64,000 nucleotides of DNA from a virus, in IMG/VR virus record IMGVR_UViG_3300044710_000137, positions 20,546 to 84,545 of that record; one strand, written 5' to 3'. The notes under the pieces were generated by a model. It was not told where the DNA came from. It ran no database searches and worked only from the letters and a program-made list of their open reading frames with translations. This document shows, in pieces, positions 18,408 through 28,096 of this stretch. A program made the position numbers and the translations under genes. Within the stretch, counting starts at the first letter, position 1; every line of letters begins with the position of its first letter.

Positions 18408-19088
18408 TCACCAATTCACCAATTTTTCGGCGGCCGCATCCAATCGGATATTCGCCACTCTCAAGTAGATCATGGTGTTTTGGATGTTTCGATGTCCGAG
18501 CCAATCCTTCACCTGGTCGACGCCCAGGCCCTGCAGGAGCAAGTGGACGCCGCAGGAGTGCTTCAGCGCATGGAAGTGCCGCAGCTCCGGAGGAAGGGCA
18601 GCCAGCTCTCCGTACCATTTCATCAGCGCATCCAGCCGCTTCCTGGATATTGGCCGCCTTCTCGAGCTAGGGAATATCGGGCCATCGTAATCCCCGCGGA
18701 CCCTGAGCCAGGCGCGGAGTTCCTTGTTCTCGGGCTTGGTGAGCTGGTAGATCTTCGAATCGCTGTCCTTGAGCCGGCGCACGTAGAGTTTGCCGGTGCG
18801 CTCGTTGATCGTGGGAGGGGTGTAATCCCTCATCTGCAGCAACCCCACCTCGGAGGCACGCAAGCCACGATGGTAGGCGACCGACCAGATAGCCCGGTCC
18901 CGCGGCGCCACAATAACCGCCATGAGCGATTTGATTTCACTCATACTCAGCCAGGCCAGCGGCTTCGAGCCACGCTTTGCTTGCTTGGCGTCGATCGCGG
19001 CGGCTTTATCGACATGGGACAAAATAGGTATTCTGTCCCGTATGGGGTCAATTTGAGCTTCTATCTCGTTGATTCCAGGCTCGGCCAT
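18408..19088 (-). CDS. small tyrosine recombinase (FimB/FimE- or Xer-like, catalytic domain only)
   Basis: RD.A....Y..GLRASE, RRLK, HALKHS, LGH.NI..T.IY. Confidence 0.92.
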   Translation of the reverse strand: MAEPGINEIEAQIDPIRDRIPILSHVDKAAAIDAKQAKRGSKPLAWLSMSEIKSLMAVIVAPRDRAIWSVAYHRGLRASEVGLLQMRDYTPPTINERTGKLYVRRLKDSDSKIYQLTKPENKELRAWLRVRGDYDGPIFPSSRRRPISRKRLDALMKWYGELAALPPELRHFHALKHSCGVHLLLQGLGVDQVKDWLGHRNIQNTMIYLRVANIRLDAAAEKLVNW

Positions 19089-19219
19089 GGCTTCGCTTCC
19101 CGTCTGTACTGTCCCATCCGACGCGTTTTAGGCGCATTTTCAGTGGTTTACGGCTCACCTACCATAGTCGTGCCTGGGGGAGGTCCTCGCCAAGACATCG
19201 CGCGATGACTACTGGCCTG

Positions 19220-19260
19220 TTTTTCCCCTGGTTTTCCCCTGATTTCCCCGGATTTTCCCG
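19220..19260. repeat. four 10-11-bp tandem repeats (TTT(T)CCCCTG-like)
   Basis: tttttcccctg gttttcccctg atttccccgg attttcccg upstream of the recombinase. Confidence 0.7.
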
Positions 19261-19466
19261 CCGGGACTGTCGGATTAGCCGTAATTCCGACGACGCACCG
19301 GTGTGGACATCCCTTTGTTTTGTTCGCAGCGCCCGCGCCGGCCGCCCCCAATCCGACACTTCCGACAGCTAAACGCTGTTTTTGCGAAAAAACGCACGTC
19401 GAGGGCCAAACGAGCGGGGCTGGGTGATAGGCGTTGGGGCGTTGGCGAGCGGTCAACCGCGCGTCT

Positions 19467-19505
19467 ACCAGCGCGGGACGCGGCGGCGGCACGCGCGGCA
19501 TCAAC
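19467..19505 (+). repeat. family A hairpin element
   Basis: same core as the 4882 copy. Confidence 0.9.
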
Positions 19506-19576
19506 AACAAATCCTTCTGGTATGTATCGCACGATGTCTATACAGGGAACGTCCGAACGAACAACAATAGGTAAGC

Positions 19577-20008
19577 ATGCCGAAATCGGTTACCCCAATC
19601 GAAGGAATCCTGGCCGAGCTGGTCGACGACTTCGCCCCGCTGCGCATCGCCGTAGACCACTTCCGCACTACATCCAACCTCCACGACCGCCTGTGGGAGA
19701 AAATCAAAGTCCACCTGGCCAAGCACCCGGGCGACAAAACAGTAACCCTCTGCGGTAACAAGTACGTGATCGAGGTGGACGCCTGCCAGCCGAAGCGCGT
19801 GGTAAAACCGTTGGCCGCGGTATATGAGCGGTTGAAGAAGCTGTTCGGCGCCAAGCGATTCTGGGAGCTGGTGACATTTCCGGTGACGCCCATCGACGCG
19901 ATGTTCTCGGACGACGAGCAAAAGAAAAACTTCATCGATACGAGCCAGACCGGCGCGCGCAAGATCATCAGCGTGGAGTTGATTGACGGCGTGGCTAAGG
20001 CAGCTTGA
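19577..20008 (+). CDS. hypothetical protein
   Basis: 143 aa with typical codon usage. Confidence 0.65.
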   Translation: MPKSVTPIEGILAELVDDFAPLRIAVDHFRTTSNLHDRLWEKIKVHLAKHPGDKTVTLCGNKYVIEVDACQPKRVVKPLAAVYERLKKLFGAKRFWELVTFPVTPIDAMFSDDEQKKNFIDTSQTGARKIISVELIDGVAKAA

Positions 20009-20163
20009 AATCGGTGGTTGGTGGCTGGTGGTTGGTGGCTGGCAAAGATGCCGGTTTAGCGGAGTGGCCGCCCTGCCAGAGGCTTGTCCGTTGAGACGAG
20101 AAGGGGCTGCGGATATCAGCGGGAAGAGGCCAGAAGGCCCCCGTGGCGCGGCCTCAGATTTAT

Positions 20164-20239
20164 GCCCTTGGGTAGAGAAATGGTAACTCGCCGGGAATAG
20201 ACTCCTGGAGGTGTGGGTTCGAATCCCACCCCGTTGGCT
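20164..20239 (+). tRNA. degenerate tRNA-like gene (pseudo-tRNA)
   Basis: T arm GTGGG-TTCGAAT-CCCAC and D arm GAG-AAATGGTAA-CTC are intact; 8-nt anticodon loop AATAGACT; mismatched acceptor stem. Confidence 0.55.
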
Positions 20240-20533
20240 TTCCTTTATGAGCAGATTCCGCCAAGGCGAATCGTCCCGGCAGCCGGCTGCACGCCGTCCC
20301 GATATTTCTGGCTCGCGCTTGTGCCCCGGTAGCGTGCATGGCCCGGACCCGAAGTTGATCTCGGCGAATAAGCGCTGGTGTGCGGCGTGTTGCGAAACGG
20401 AATGGAAGAAGCTGCTGGAGCAGGTTCGGGCATCGAAGATGCTGCAAGGGACTACGCCGGAAGTCCAGAAGGTTCTTGCCGCGTGTGCGGAAGGCTCCTT
20501 GGATCTCACTGGCGGGGTCGAGGATGCCTCGGC

Positions 20534-20749
20534 ATGAAGAGCTTGGGCCGTATCGCATACGAAGCGCGCCACCCTCCGGTCTACCGAGCCTCCGAACCCT
20601 GGCCGACCATGACGCCGAGCGCTCAGAATAAGTGGGACGCGGTTGGCCGTGCGGTGCAGGATGAAGTATTGCGCCGGCTGAAACAGGAAGACATGCGCCG
20701 CGGCATCAACTTCACCGAAGCAGTCTACAGCGTATTGGCAGGGGCATAG
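20534..20749 (+). CDS. hypothetical protein
   Basis: MKSLGRIAYEA...W..L/M....Q.KW.AV motif common in phage small proteins. Confidence 0.55.
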   Translation: MKSLGRIAYEARHPPVYRASEPWPTMTPSAQNKWDAVGRAVQDEVLRRLKQEDMRRGINFTEAVYSVLAGA

Positions 20750-20750
20750 C

Positions 20751-21320
20751 GTGATCCTGGAGTTTCCGACCCCCGACCCCCGATCCCCGACCCCGGCAGC
20801 GGGCCGGCCGCTGCCCTGGTATGCCCTGCGCGTCAAAGCCCTCCACGAATTCCACGTCGAGCGCGAGTTGTGCCGGTACGGTATCGAACCCTACCTGCCG
20901 ACACGTAAAAGGAAACACTGGCGCAACACCGAAGTGGACGTACCCCTGATCCCTGGCTACGTCTTCGCGCGCGCGGAAGCTTGTGATATATATGCCACAC
21001 TGCGTTGGACCAACTGGCTCACCAATATCTTGGGAGACCGGCATGGCCCTACCGAAATCCCCGCCGATCAAATCGAAACGCTCCGCCTGATGGTCGCCAA
21101 TTCGAAAATCGAAGTAATCCCGCTGGCCGATATCTGGAAGGGCGGGGAAGAGGTCGAGGTCGTGAGCGGCCCGCTGCAGGGCGCCAAGGGGCGCGTGGCC
21201 AGAGTCAAGAACAAGACGCAGCTCGTCATCTTCATCGAGATGCTGGGATCCGCGATCTGCACGGAACTGGACGCCGCCAGCGTGCGCGTCATTCCCGTGG
21301 ATCTACCGCTCGCGGCGTAG
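20751..21320 (+). CDS. NusG/RfaH/UpxY-family transcription antiterminator
   Basis: NGN domain (WYALRVK...E, PL.PGYVF) plus KOW domain (GEEVEVVSGPLQG..G.V). Confidence 0.9.
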   Translation: MILEFPTPDPRSPTPAAGRPLPWYALRVKALHEFHVERELCRYGIEPYLPTRKRKHWRNTEVDVPLIPGYVFARAEACDIYATLRWTNWLTNILGDRHGPTEIPADQIETLRLMVANSKIEVIPLADIWKGGEEVEVVSGPLQGAKGRVARVKNKTQLVIFIEMLGSAICTELDAASVRVIPVDLPLAA

Positions 21321-21365
21321 CCCCAACACCCAGCACCCAGCACCCAGAACCCAGAACCCGCCACC

Positions 21366-21578
21366 ATGAACCCCGCCTGGATTCCCGCCTTCGTCACCGT
21401 CACCGGACTCATCGCTAACGCAGCGTGGGGGCTATACAACATGGGCGAACGCGCAGCCATTCAGGTGGCCATCCAGAAGCAGGAAGCGGCCATCCTGTCG
21501 ATCAAGGAGTGGGCGCTTGAGGAATTCGTGACCAAGGAAACGCTGAAACTCCGCATGGCCGCCCAGCAACACGCATAA
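21366..21578 (+). CDS. small membrane protein, possibly holin-like
   Basis: N-terminal hydrophobic helix followed by coiled coil and FVTKE. Confidence 0.45.
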   Translation: MNPAWIPAFVTVTGLIANAAWGLYNMGERAAIQVAIQKQEAAILSIKEWALEEFVTKETLKLRMAAQQHA

Positions 21579-21585
21579 AGGAATA

Positions 21586-21999
21586 ATGGAACCTGCAACG
21601 GCCCGCCGTCCGATCAAGCTGCTGTCCGACATCATCCTGGTCCACGTGGACCAAGAGGAACTCCTGGAGTGCGGGCTTTACGCGCCGGCCGAAGCGCAGC
21701 CCGGCAACGTGGACATCGCGGAAAAGCACGCGCTGATGCGTAGTGGCACGGTCGTGCATTCCGATCCCGATCACGTGTTCGAAGTCTATTCCGGCACAGG
21801 TCCGGGCCTGAAATCGAGAAAATGCGCGCGGCTGACCATGAGCATCGCGGTCGGCGATCGCGTGGTCTTCTCGGCGTGGGTGGGGACGAACCAGGCGATT
21901 CAGTACGGATGGGGCCCGGAGTATTTACTGATGCGGGAATCCGAGGTCCTGGGGAAGTTGGAATCAAAGACGGAACGCAAGCGTAAAGTGAAAGCATGA
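21586..21999 (+). CDS. groES: GroES/Cpn10-family co-chaperonin
   Basis: IKLL.D.ILV, VGDRVVFS.W.G, EYLLMRESEVLG. Confidence 0.85.
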   Translation: MEPATARRPIKLLSDIILVHVDQEELLECGLYAPAEAQPGNVDIAEKHALMRSGTVVHSDPDHVFEVYSGTGPGLKSRKCARLTMSIAVGDRVVFSAWVGTNQAIQYGWGPEYLLMRESEVLGKLESKTERKRKVKA

Positions 22000-22484
22000 A
22001 GATCCTGCGAGCACTCCTGGCGGCCCTGGGCCTGTGCGCCCTCGCGGCCGCGCAAACGCCGTCCACGACAACGACCCTGGCGATGGTGCGCGAGATTCAG
22101 CCGTTGCTGGCGAGTCCCGTGCCGTGCTTGGTCTACATCGCGGCCGGTAAAACGATGTGCGCGTCCCTCGGCGCGAATATCGTCGTAACGGCAAATCCGA
22201 ACGGCGTAACGCTCAGCGTCTCCAACCCCAGCCTCACCATGGTGTTTCCGTCACCGGTCTATTTTCCGGTGACCACCGCGGGCACACAGACGTTCACCAC
22301 CACGCAGCCGTCCACCGCGAGCGGTAACGCCGCGAACAGCAACCCTCACTACTGGGTATTCCGCGATGGCGTGCTCCTGAACTACGGCACAGATTACACG
22401 CAGTCGGGGAACATCGCGGGGTCAACGGTCACTCTTGGGGGGGCCCAAACCACCGTCCCTGGCGACGTCATTCAAATCTGGTAA
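21996..22484 (+). CDS. signal-peptide-bearing putative virion/fibre protein
   Basis: MKILRALLAALGLCALAAA-Q; C-terminal VFRDGVL...G.DYT..G..VT beta domain. Confidence 0.6.
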   Translation: MKILRALLAALGLCALAAAQTPSTTTTLAMVREIQPLLASPVPCLVYIAAGKTMCASLGANIVVTANPNGVTLSVSNPSLTMVFPSPVYFPVTTAGTQTFTTTQPSTASGNAANSNPHYWVFRDGVLLNYGTDYTQSGNIAGSTVTLGGAQTTVPGDVIQIW

Positions 22485-22487
22485 CTG

Positions 22488-23102
22488 ATGGATTTTACCC
22501 CGTTCCACATGCAGCCTGGCGACGTAATCGCCTTCGCCGGTAAAGAGCCGCTTTCGTTCCTCATCGACGCCTATACCGGTTCGAAGCTGTCGCACCTGGC
22601 GATGGTCAAGTCCAACACCTCGGGTGAGGTCTGGGTCACCGAAAGCACGATCTTCACCGATCCCCTGACCAAGAAAAAGATCAGCGGGCCGCAGACGCAT
22701 CCCCTCGAACAGGTCCTGACCGTGGATTACGCGGCGCCCGGCTCTTGCGCATGGCACCTGGCGCTCTCGGACGACGTGCGGGCGCAGATCGATTGGACAC
22801 AATTCTCCGCATTTATCGCGCATTGCGAGAACGGCTCCGTGGCCTACGATATCCCCGGCTATATAGCGTTCCTGCTGCGATCAATCCCATTCCTGGGCGC
22901 GCGGGTGTGCCAGTCGGAAAACTATCGCAGGATGTTCTGTTCGGCTTACGATACGGCCATCTTCGAGAACTGCGGCGTGCCCTTACACCGCGACTTTTCG
23001 GCGACGTCGCCGGCGGACCTGGTGCGCATGCGGATTTACAAGTCGTGCACGCAGATTCTGGGACTGACGACGGTGATCGATCCAGCCTTCAACACGCTGT
23101 AA
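22488..23102 (+). CDS. permuted papain-like NlpC/P60 (YiiX/YebB-like) amidase
   Basis: PGDVIAF.G, SHLAM, YD, FCS, SP.DL (His precedes Cys). Confidence 0.8.
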   Translation: MDFTPFHMQPGDVIAFAGKEPLSFLIDAYTGSKLSHLAMVKSNTSGEVWVTESTIFTDPLTKKKISGPQTHPLEQVLTVDYAAPGSCAWHLALSDDVRAQIDWTQFSAFIAHCENGSVAYDIPGYIAFLLRSIPFLGARVCQSENYRRMFCSAYDTAIFENCGVPLHRDFSATSPADLVRMRIYKSCTQILGLTTVIDPAFNTL

Positions 23103-23116
23103 TCTTTCCCTTTTCT

Positions 23117-23197
23117 GCCAGCGGAATCCGCACGGCAAACAAGCGGTCTCCAGTTCCCCGATAACATCGCGCGATTGACAGCGCATCGAAGCCACAA
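23117..23197 (+). repeat. family C element
   Basis: CCAGCGGAA...CAGTTCCCCGAT...CGAAGCCACAA. Confidence 0.85.
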
Positions 23198-23333
23198 GCT
23201 TATAACAAGATTACCGGCACATCCGGTAAAGGCGCTCCTTACAGTAAGGAATCCAGCGCCGGGCACAGGGCTCCAACAACAACGGTCCACTCCTACCGTT
23301 GGGAGTCCTGTCGCCTTCCAATAATTCTCACTT

Positions 23334-23960
23334 GTGAAAGACAAAACTCCACCGACGGACACAACAAAAGAGCAGCTCGACGAGTCCTTGATAAACCCCG
23401 CTCTCATGGCCCGCATCCAGGCTATGGGATCTCCCATCGTTCCAGGACCGGCCCAAATAGAATTGGACAAGCGCGCATCGAAGAAACAGCGCATGCTGAT
23501 AGCCTTCGTGGTGACCGCGGGAAACGTCACGAGGGCAGCTAAAGCCGCCGGCATCGACCGCGACACCCACTACGCCTGGCTCAAGGACGATTCCGAATAC
23601 GCCGCGTCGTATCGTGATCGTGTACCCAACGCCGCCGGCGTCCTCGAGGACGAAGCCCGCAGACGGGCAGTCGAAGGTACACTCAAGGGCGTATACCACA
23701 AAGGCACGCTCGTAGACATGGAAGTGGAGTACTCGGATCGGCTCCTGATCCAGCTTCTGAAAGCCCACCACCCAGCGCATAAGCCCACCCTGACCATCGA
23801 CGGCCGGGGTAAGAACGGCGCCATCGCGATAGAACAAACCACCGCCGAAGACCTCGCCAAGCTGCCGGAAGAAACACTCCTGGAGCAAATCAAAGTGGCC
23901 CGCGAAACCCTCGAATGGCTAAAAGCGAGCACCCATGCAACAATCGAGCGGGCTCCCTAA
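23334..23960 (+). CDS. terS: terminase small subunit
   Basis: GNVTRAAKAAGIDR.T.Y.W...D; LEDEARRRAVEG; YSDRLLI.LLKA; directly upstream of TerL. Confidence 0.85.
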   Translation: MKDKTPPTDTTKEQLDESLINPALMARIQAMGSPIVPGPAQIELDKRASKKQRMLIAFVVTAGNVTRAAKAAGIDRDTHYAWLKDDSEYAASYRDRVPNAAGVLEDEARRRAVEGTLKGVYHKGTLVDMEVEYSDRLLIQLLKAHHPAHKPTLTIDGRGKNGAIAIEQTTAEDLAKLPEETLLEQIKVARETLEWLKASTHATIERAP

Positions 23961-23968
23961 AGGAGCTC

Positions 23969-24697
23969 TTGGAACTCAGGGCGGAATTGGAAGCTCAACT
24001 CGAGAAGCGCAATACCACCATCCGCGAGATCCGGACCAATAGGATTCAAGACCAGTTTCCTTTCACCGGTCCGTTCCGCCGCGAGCTCTACCCCAAGCAC
24101 ATGGAGTTCTTCGCCGCGGGCGCGGAACACACGGAGCGCTGCTTTATGGCGGGAAACCGCGTGGGCAAGACCCGGGCGGGCGCCTGCGAAGCGACGTACC
24201 ACCTCACGGGAAGCTACCCCGATTGGTGGGTGGGGAAGCGCTTCGATCATCCTGTCGAGGGCTGGGCGGCCGGCTCTACAAACCAAACGGTACGGGATAT
24301 CATTCAGGCTGAATTGCTGGGCAAACTGGCGCCGGACAAGGAATCGCGGCCCGAGGATCCCATCGGGCTCGGTACCGGCATGATCCCGGCTGATGCGATC
24401 CGCGCCATCAACCGGCGATCCGGCGGCGTCAAGGACTCGATCGAATCGGCGTATATCCGGCATGTCTCCGGAGGGACGTCGCTTCTCGGATTCAAAACTT
24501 ACGACCAGGGGCGGCGTAGCTTCGAGGGCACCGGCAAGCATTTCGTATGGGTGGACGAGGAATGCCCGTTCGACGTCTATATCGAAGCGCTGACGCGTAC
24601 GATGACCACGAAGGGGATCATCTACCTGACGTTCACGCCGTTGAGGGGAATGTCAGAAGTGGTCCTGCACTTTCTTCCCAGCACGACGCTGGATTGA
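23969..24697 (+). CDS. terL: terminase large subunit, N-terminal ATPase part (P22 gp2-like)
   Basis: Walker A MAGNRVGKT, Walker B FVWVDEE, motif III LTFTP; probable TTG start after AAGGAG (ORF open from 23915). Confidence 0.92.
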   Translation: MELRAELEAQLEKRNTTIREIRTNRIQDQFPFTGPFRRELYPKHMEFFAAGAEHTERCFMAGNRVGKTRAGACEATYHLTGSYPDWWVGKRFDHPVEGWAAGSTNQTVRDIIQAELLGKLAPDKESRPEDPIGLGTGMIPADAIRAINRRSGGVKDSIESAYIRHVSGGTSLLGFKTYDQGRRSFEGTGKHFVWVDEECPFDVYIEALTRTMTTKGIIYLTFTPLRGMSEVVLHFLPSTTLD

Positions 24698-24703
24698 AAA
24701 ACT

Positions 24704-25141
24704 ATGAGCGTGCCGCACATTTTCACCCAGCGATTCACGGGATCGGTCGTTGTTTGCTACTCGGTCTCGCATACTGAGCTCGACTTCGCGCGGGACATAC
24801 CAGCGCTGCTTTTGAATGTTTTCGATCTGCTGGATGCTCTTACCAGACATTTTATCTATCCACCGCCGACGCGCGAGCAAAGGAATGCGTATTACGACGC
24901 GGTAATGAATCAACGGCCGTGTCATCCACCGCTAAAGGCTCCCTGGCCGGATCGCTCCGAACAAATCCTTCCGGAGCCCATTTGGACGAACATCCACGCC
25001 GAGGACTACGAAACCATATTCGAGCGCTGCTACGGTGGAACGCTGGTACGACCGCCTGTTGAACCCGGCTTAGGCACGACCAGCACCACCGGCGGATCCA
25101 CGGGCAGCACCGCGATCGGCTTACCCACACGCTGCCCATAG
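24704..25141 (+). CDS. hypothetical protein
   Basis: starts 6 nt after the TerL-N stop. Confidence 0.45.
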   Translation: MSVPHIFTQRFTGSVVVCYSVSHTELDFARDIPALLLNVFDLLDALTRHFIYPPPTREQRNAYYDAVMNQRPCHPPLKAPWPDRSEQILPEPIWTNIHAEDYETIFERCYGGTLVRPPVEPGLGTTSTTGGSTGSTAIGLPTRCP

Positions 25142-25434
25142 CGGACGCCCCAACAAAAGGGCGCACCGCATTTGCAGTCATCCGGATGCAGGCCCGGGGA
25201 GACTGCGAAGCCGGCAAGGCACTCCGGGTGCGTCAAGATAAAGCGCACCAGCTCCACGATGGAAGTGAGCCGCAACGGTCCCGCCACGTGCGCTATGTGA
25301 GTCTTTAGGGTCTCCGGCGCGATCTGCAGCCGCTCTGCAATTTCCTTACGCGGTACTCCTAAAACCAGCAGGTACGCTATTTCCTGTTCTCTTTGCGACA
25401 GCGAAACCTGGTGGATTAACGTATCGATCTTCAC
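25030..25434 (-). CDS. LuxR-type HTH regulator with a C-terminal Cys cluster
   Basis: LSQREQEIAYLLVLG...KEIAERLQIAPETLKTH. Confidence 0.85.
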   Translation of the reverse strand: MKIDTLIHQVSLSQREQEIAYLLVLGVPRKEIAERLQIAPETLKTHIAHVAGPLRLTSIVELVRFILTHPECLAGFAVSPGLHPDDCKCGAPFCWGVRYGQRVGKPIAVLPVDPPVVLVVPKPGSTGGRTSVPP

Positions 25435-25555
25435 AAGTGAGTGGCTATCGTCCCCCCGTCAGGGGATGGTCCGCGATGGCCTTTACCGGCGGTATCCTAC
25501 CCCGATTATAGGACTTCCGCGCACGAATCAAATTCTGGGATCATCGGTACGCCAC

Positions 25556-25855
25556 ATGGAAAAACCCACGTTGACGAGCCTTCCCCCACGGCAGTTGGCG
25601 ATCGCGCGCCTGGTGCATCAGGGTCTGAGCAACGAGCAGATTGGGATTGATCTGCAGATCCAGCGTTGCACGGTCACCACCCAGCTGCACAGGATCTACG
25701 AGACGCTGGGTTTGGTCTGCCGGCAATATCCGAGGATGCGGTTGGCTCTCATCATCCAGGAACACGAAAATGCGACGGCTAAAAACTCTGATCTTCAACT
25801 GCCTGCTGCTGCTTTGACTGGTGGCGGCATGAGCATCCCGATGGAGCGAGTGTGA
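25556..25855 (+). CDS. LuxR-type HTH regulator
   Basis: LPPRQLAIARLVHQGLSNEQIG..L.I...TV.TQLHRIY..LG. Confidence 0.85.
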   Translation: MEKPTLTSLPPRQLAIARLVHQGLSNEQIGIDLQIQRCTVTTQLHRIYETLGLVCRQYPRMRLALIIQEHENATAKNSDLQLPAAALTGGGMSIPMERV

Positions 25856-26352
25856 CCGCTTGAGGGAGACAATTTCGTTTTTGGCTAATCTGGCGCTCTG
25901 CAAGCTGCAGAACGACATTGGCGGCCACCTCGTATTAGCGGAGTTTCCCGATCCGCCGGCGCCCCCGCGGTACGACCTCAGTCCACTCGGCCGGTATCTG
26001 GGCCAGTGCATGATAACCACGGAGCTCAAGGCTTTGTGGCAACTGCCGGCGAGACGCGAGAACCTGGAGTCCTCCTGCAGGACCGCGCTGTCGGATATAG
26101 TGCGGGACCTCCGCTCGATCACCGAGGCGGACCCCGGCTGTCCCGAAGAAGGGTGGGACGACAAACCGAACTTGCCTCAGATGCAAATCGTCTTCGCCCG
26201 ACCGGCGATGACGGGCGAAGTGGAGCAGGCTATCTGTTCGGACCGCCAGGCAGGCATCGCGCTGCGCGCCACTCGCATGAATGAAGACACCATCGCCATA
26301 GCCGTGAATTTCGGCGTGCGACGGCTTCTCCAATGCCGATTCGAGTAGAACC

Positions 26353-26775
26353 ATGCAATACCTGACCACGCGCCAGCTTGCGGTTGCCGAATGCCTCGGG
26401 CGCGGTTTACGCAATAAGGAAGTGGCTAGTGAGCTAGGCTTGACCGAAGGCACGGTGAAGGTCTACATCTCGTACATCTTCACTAAACTGCAGATCGATT
26501 CGCGGCTGAAACTCGGCCTATTATTTAACGCCGGCGAATTAGGAGTCTGGCCGGCATCCGAACCGAAGCCGAAGCGGGCATACGCGACCCGCGCGCAAGT
26601 GGCCATCACAGCGAATGAAACAGGCGCACTTCGGCCGTTGCGGCTTACTGTTCGCGGTCCGTTGACGGAAGTCGATAAAAAGTGGGATCGCATCTTCGAC
26701 GAGAAGTTTGCGGACCCAGCTTACTACGTCCAACCACCTACGGTATCCGTCGGCTCGACCCTAGGCCGCGCATAA
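26353..26775 (+). CDS. LuxR-type HTH regulator
   Basis: LTTRQLAVAECLGRGLRNKEVASELGLTEGTVKVYIS.IF.KL.IDSR. Confidence 0.88.
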   Translation: MQYLTTRQLAVAECLGRGLRNKEVASELGLTEGTVKVYISYIFTKLQIDSRLKLGLLFNAGELGVWPASEPKPKRAYATRAQVAITANETGALRPLRLTVRGPLTEVDKKWDRIFDEKFADPAYYVQPPTVSVGSTLGRA

Positions 26776-26880
26776 TACGTCGGAGCCCGAGGAGACGGAA
26801 CCCTGCGGTTCCTTCCCCTCGAACCCCTTCTTCCCCTATAACCCAACACCGAGCACCCAGCACCCTCAAAGGATTTCCTC

Positions 26881-27231
26881 ATGTCCAACGCAGTCCGCGG
26901 CCGCAAGAAAACCGGCCTCAAACCCGTGCCGAAAGGCAAGATGACCCACATGCACGTGCGCCGCATGGATAACGGAGGCTTCACCGTCGATAGCGACCAC
27001 GAGCTGCCGGAGAAGAAAAGCATGACCAGCAAGAAGGCCATGGGCAGCGCCATGGGTTTCGGGCCGTCCACGGAGTCGCATTCCGCGAGCTTCACGGGCC
27101 CCGACGATGCCCTGGCGCACGTGGGCCAGTTGATGGCGTCCGGACCGCCCAGCCCCGAGGCTCCCCCAGCTCCGGCCGGCGGCGCGCCCGCGCCTGGCGC
27201 GACCGACAGCACCATGCCGGAAGGCGAGTAA
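26881..27231 (+). CDS. hypothetical protein
   Basis: AAGGA RBS. Confidence 0.55.
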   Translation: MSNAVRGRKKTGLKPVPKGKMTHMHVRRMDNGGFTVDSDHELPEKKSMTSKKAMGSAMGFGPSTESHSASFTGPDDALAHVGQLMASGPPSPEAPPAPAGGAPAPGATDSTMPEGE

Positions 27232-27473
27232 AACGGTGAGCCCCGAAGCCAACGAGATCGTCGCGGCGCTTCGTGCGGCCGGGCAGCGGGCACGCCAGGA
27301 TGTCACCACTATCCCGGCGTATCGGATCACTCCGGACCGCTTGCGCTCGATGCGGCAGCAGTATGAAGTCGCGGAAGTATTGCTGGAAGACGATACCGAA
27401 GCCTTTCTTATTACAGCGTGGGACGTGCAGCGCGCCAGACCGCTCGCGCGGATCTTCGTGCTGAAGCCTGAAA

Positions 27474-27923
27474 ATGCCTGAAACTATACCAGCCACCAGC
27501 CACCAGCCACCAGCCACCGCCTCACTGGCGAAGGCCGTGGCCGACCACATCGACGAACGCCTGGAGGGTCAGCCCGCGCGCTTCAGCGACAAGCCGCTGC
27601 CCGGGCGGAAGATCCGGCAGATCTATCGGCTGGAGAAGATGGGCTGGCCCGCGGCCCCGCTCGACGCCGAGTCCGCCGCCTTCGCGCTGAAGGTAGCCGA
27701 CGACCTCGCCGGGCAACTACTCACCGCGATTAATCGCAACCCCGGCTGTGAATTGGTTTCGTGGGCGGGAGAGATCCCGCGCAGTATCGCGGAAGCGGAC
27801 TTTCACAACGGCAAGACCACCTCCGTGCGCGTCTTGGGCAATCACGATATTCACGAGAACTGCTTTCTGGTGCGCTTCGACGTGATCTACCGGATGGTGA
27901 AACTGCCTCCGAAGAAGGTATAG
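27474..27923 (+). CDS. hypothetical protein
   Basis: 149 aa; heptamer repeat inside the N-terminus. Confidence 0.55.
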   Translation: MPETIPATSHQPPATASLAKAVADHIDERLEGQPARFSDKPLPGRKIRQIYRLEKMGWPAAPLDAESAAFALKVADDLAGQLLTAINRNPGCELVSWAGEIPRSIAEADFHNGKTTSVRVLGNHDIHENCFLVRFDVIYRMVKLPPKKV

Positions 27924-27925
27924 AA

Positions 27926-28096
27926 ATGGCCATTAAAATCAAGCCCAGCCATAAGGGCATGCTTCACGCCGAACTTGGAATCGCCTCGGATAAACCGATC
28001 CCCCTTTCCCGCATCGCCGGCGCTATGAAGAACGCCGGTCCCAAGGAAAAGAAGCGCCTCGTCTTCGCGGAGAACGCACGCAAATGGAAGCACTAA
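27926..28096 (+). CDS. small basic phage late protein
   Basis: MAIKIKPSHKGMLH..LG....IP......FAENARKWKH. Confidence 0.7.
   Translation: MAIKIKPSHKGMLHAELGIASDKPIPLSRIAGAMKNAGPKEKKRLVFAENARKWKH

Noticed and set aside
18306-19208. 300-aa plus-strand ORF
   Set aside because: Antisense shadow of the tyrosine recombinase gene.
19538-20836. 432-aa minus-strand ORF
   Set aside because: Overlaps several better-supported plus-strand genes and the tRNA-like element; a GC-rich shadow ORF.
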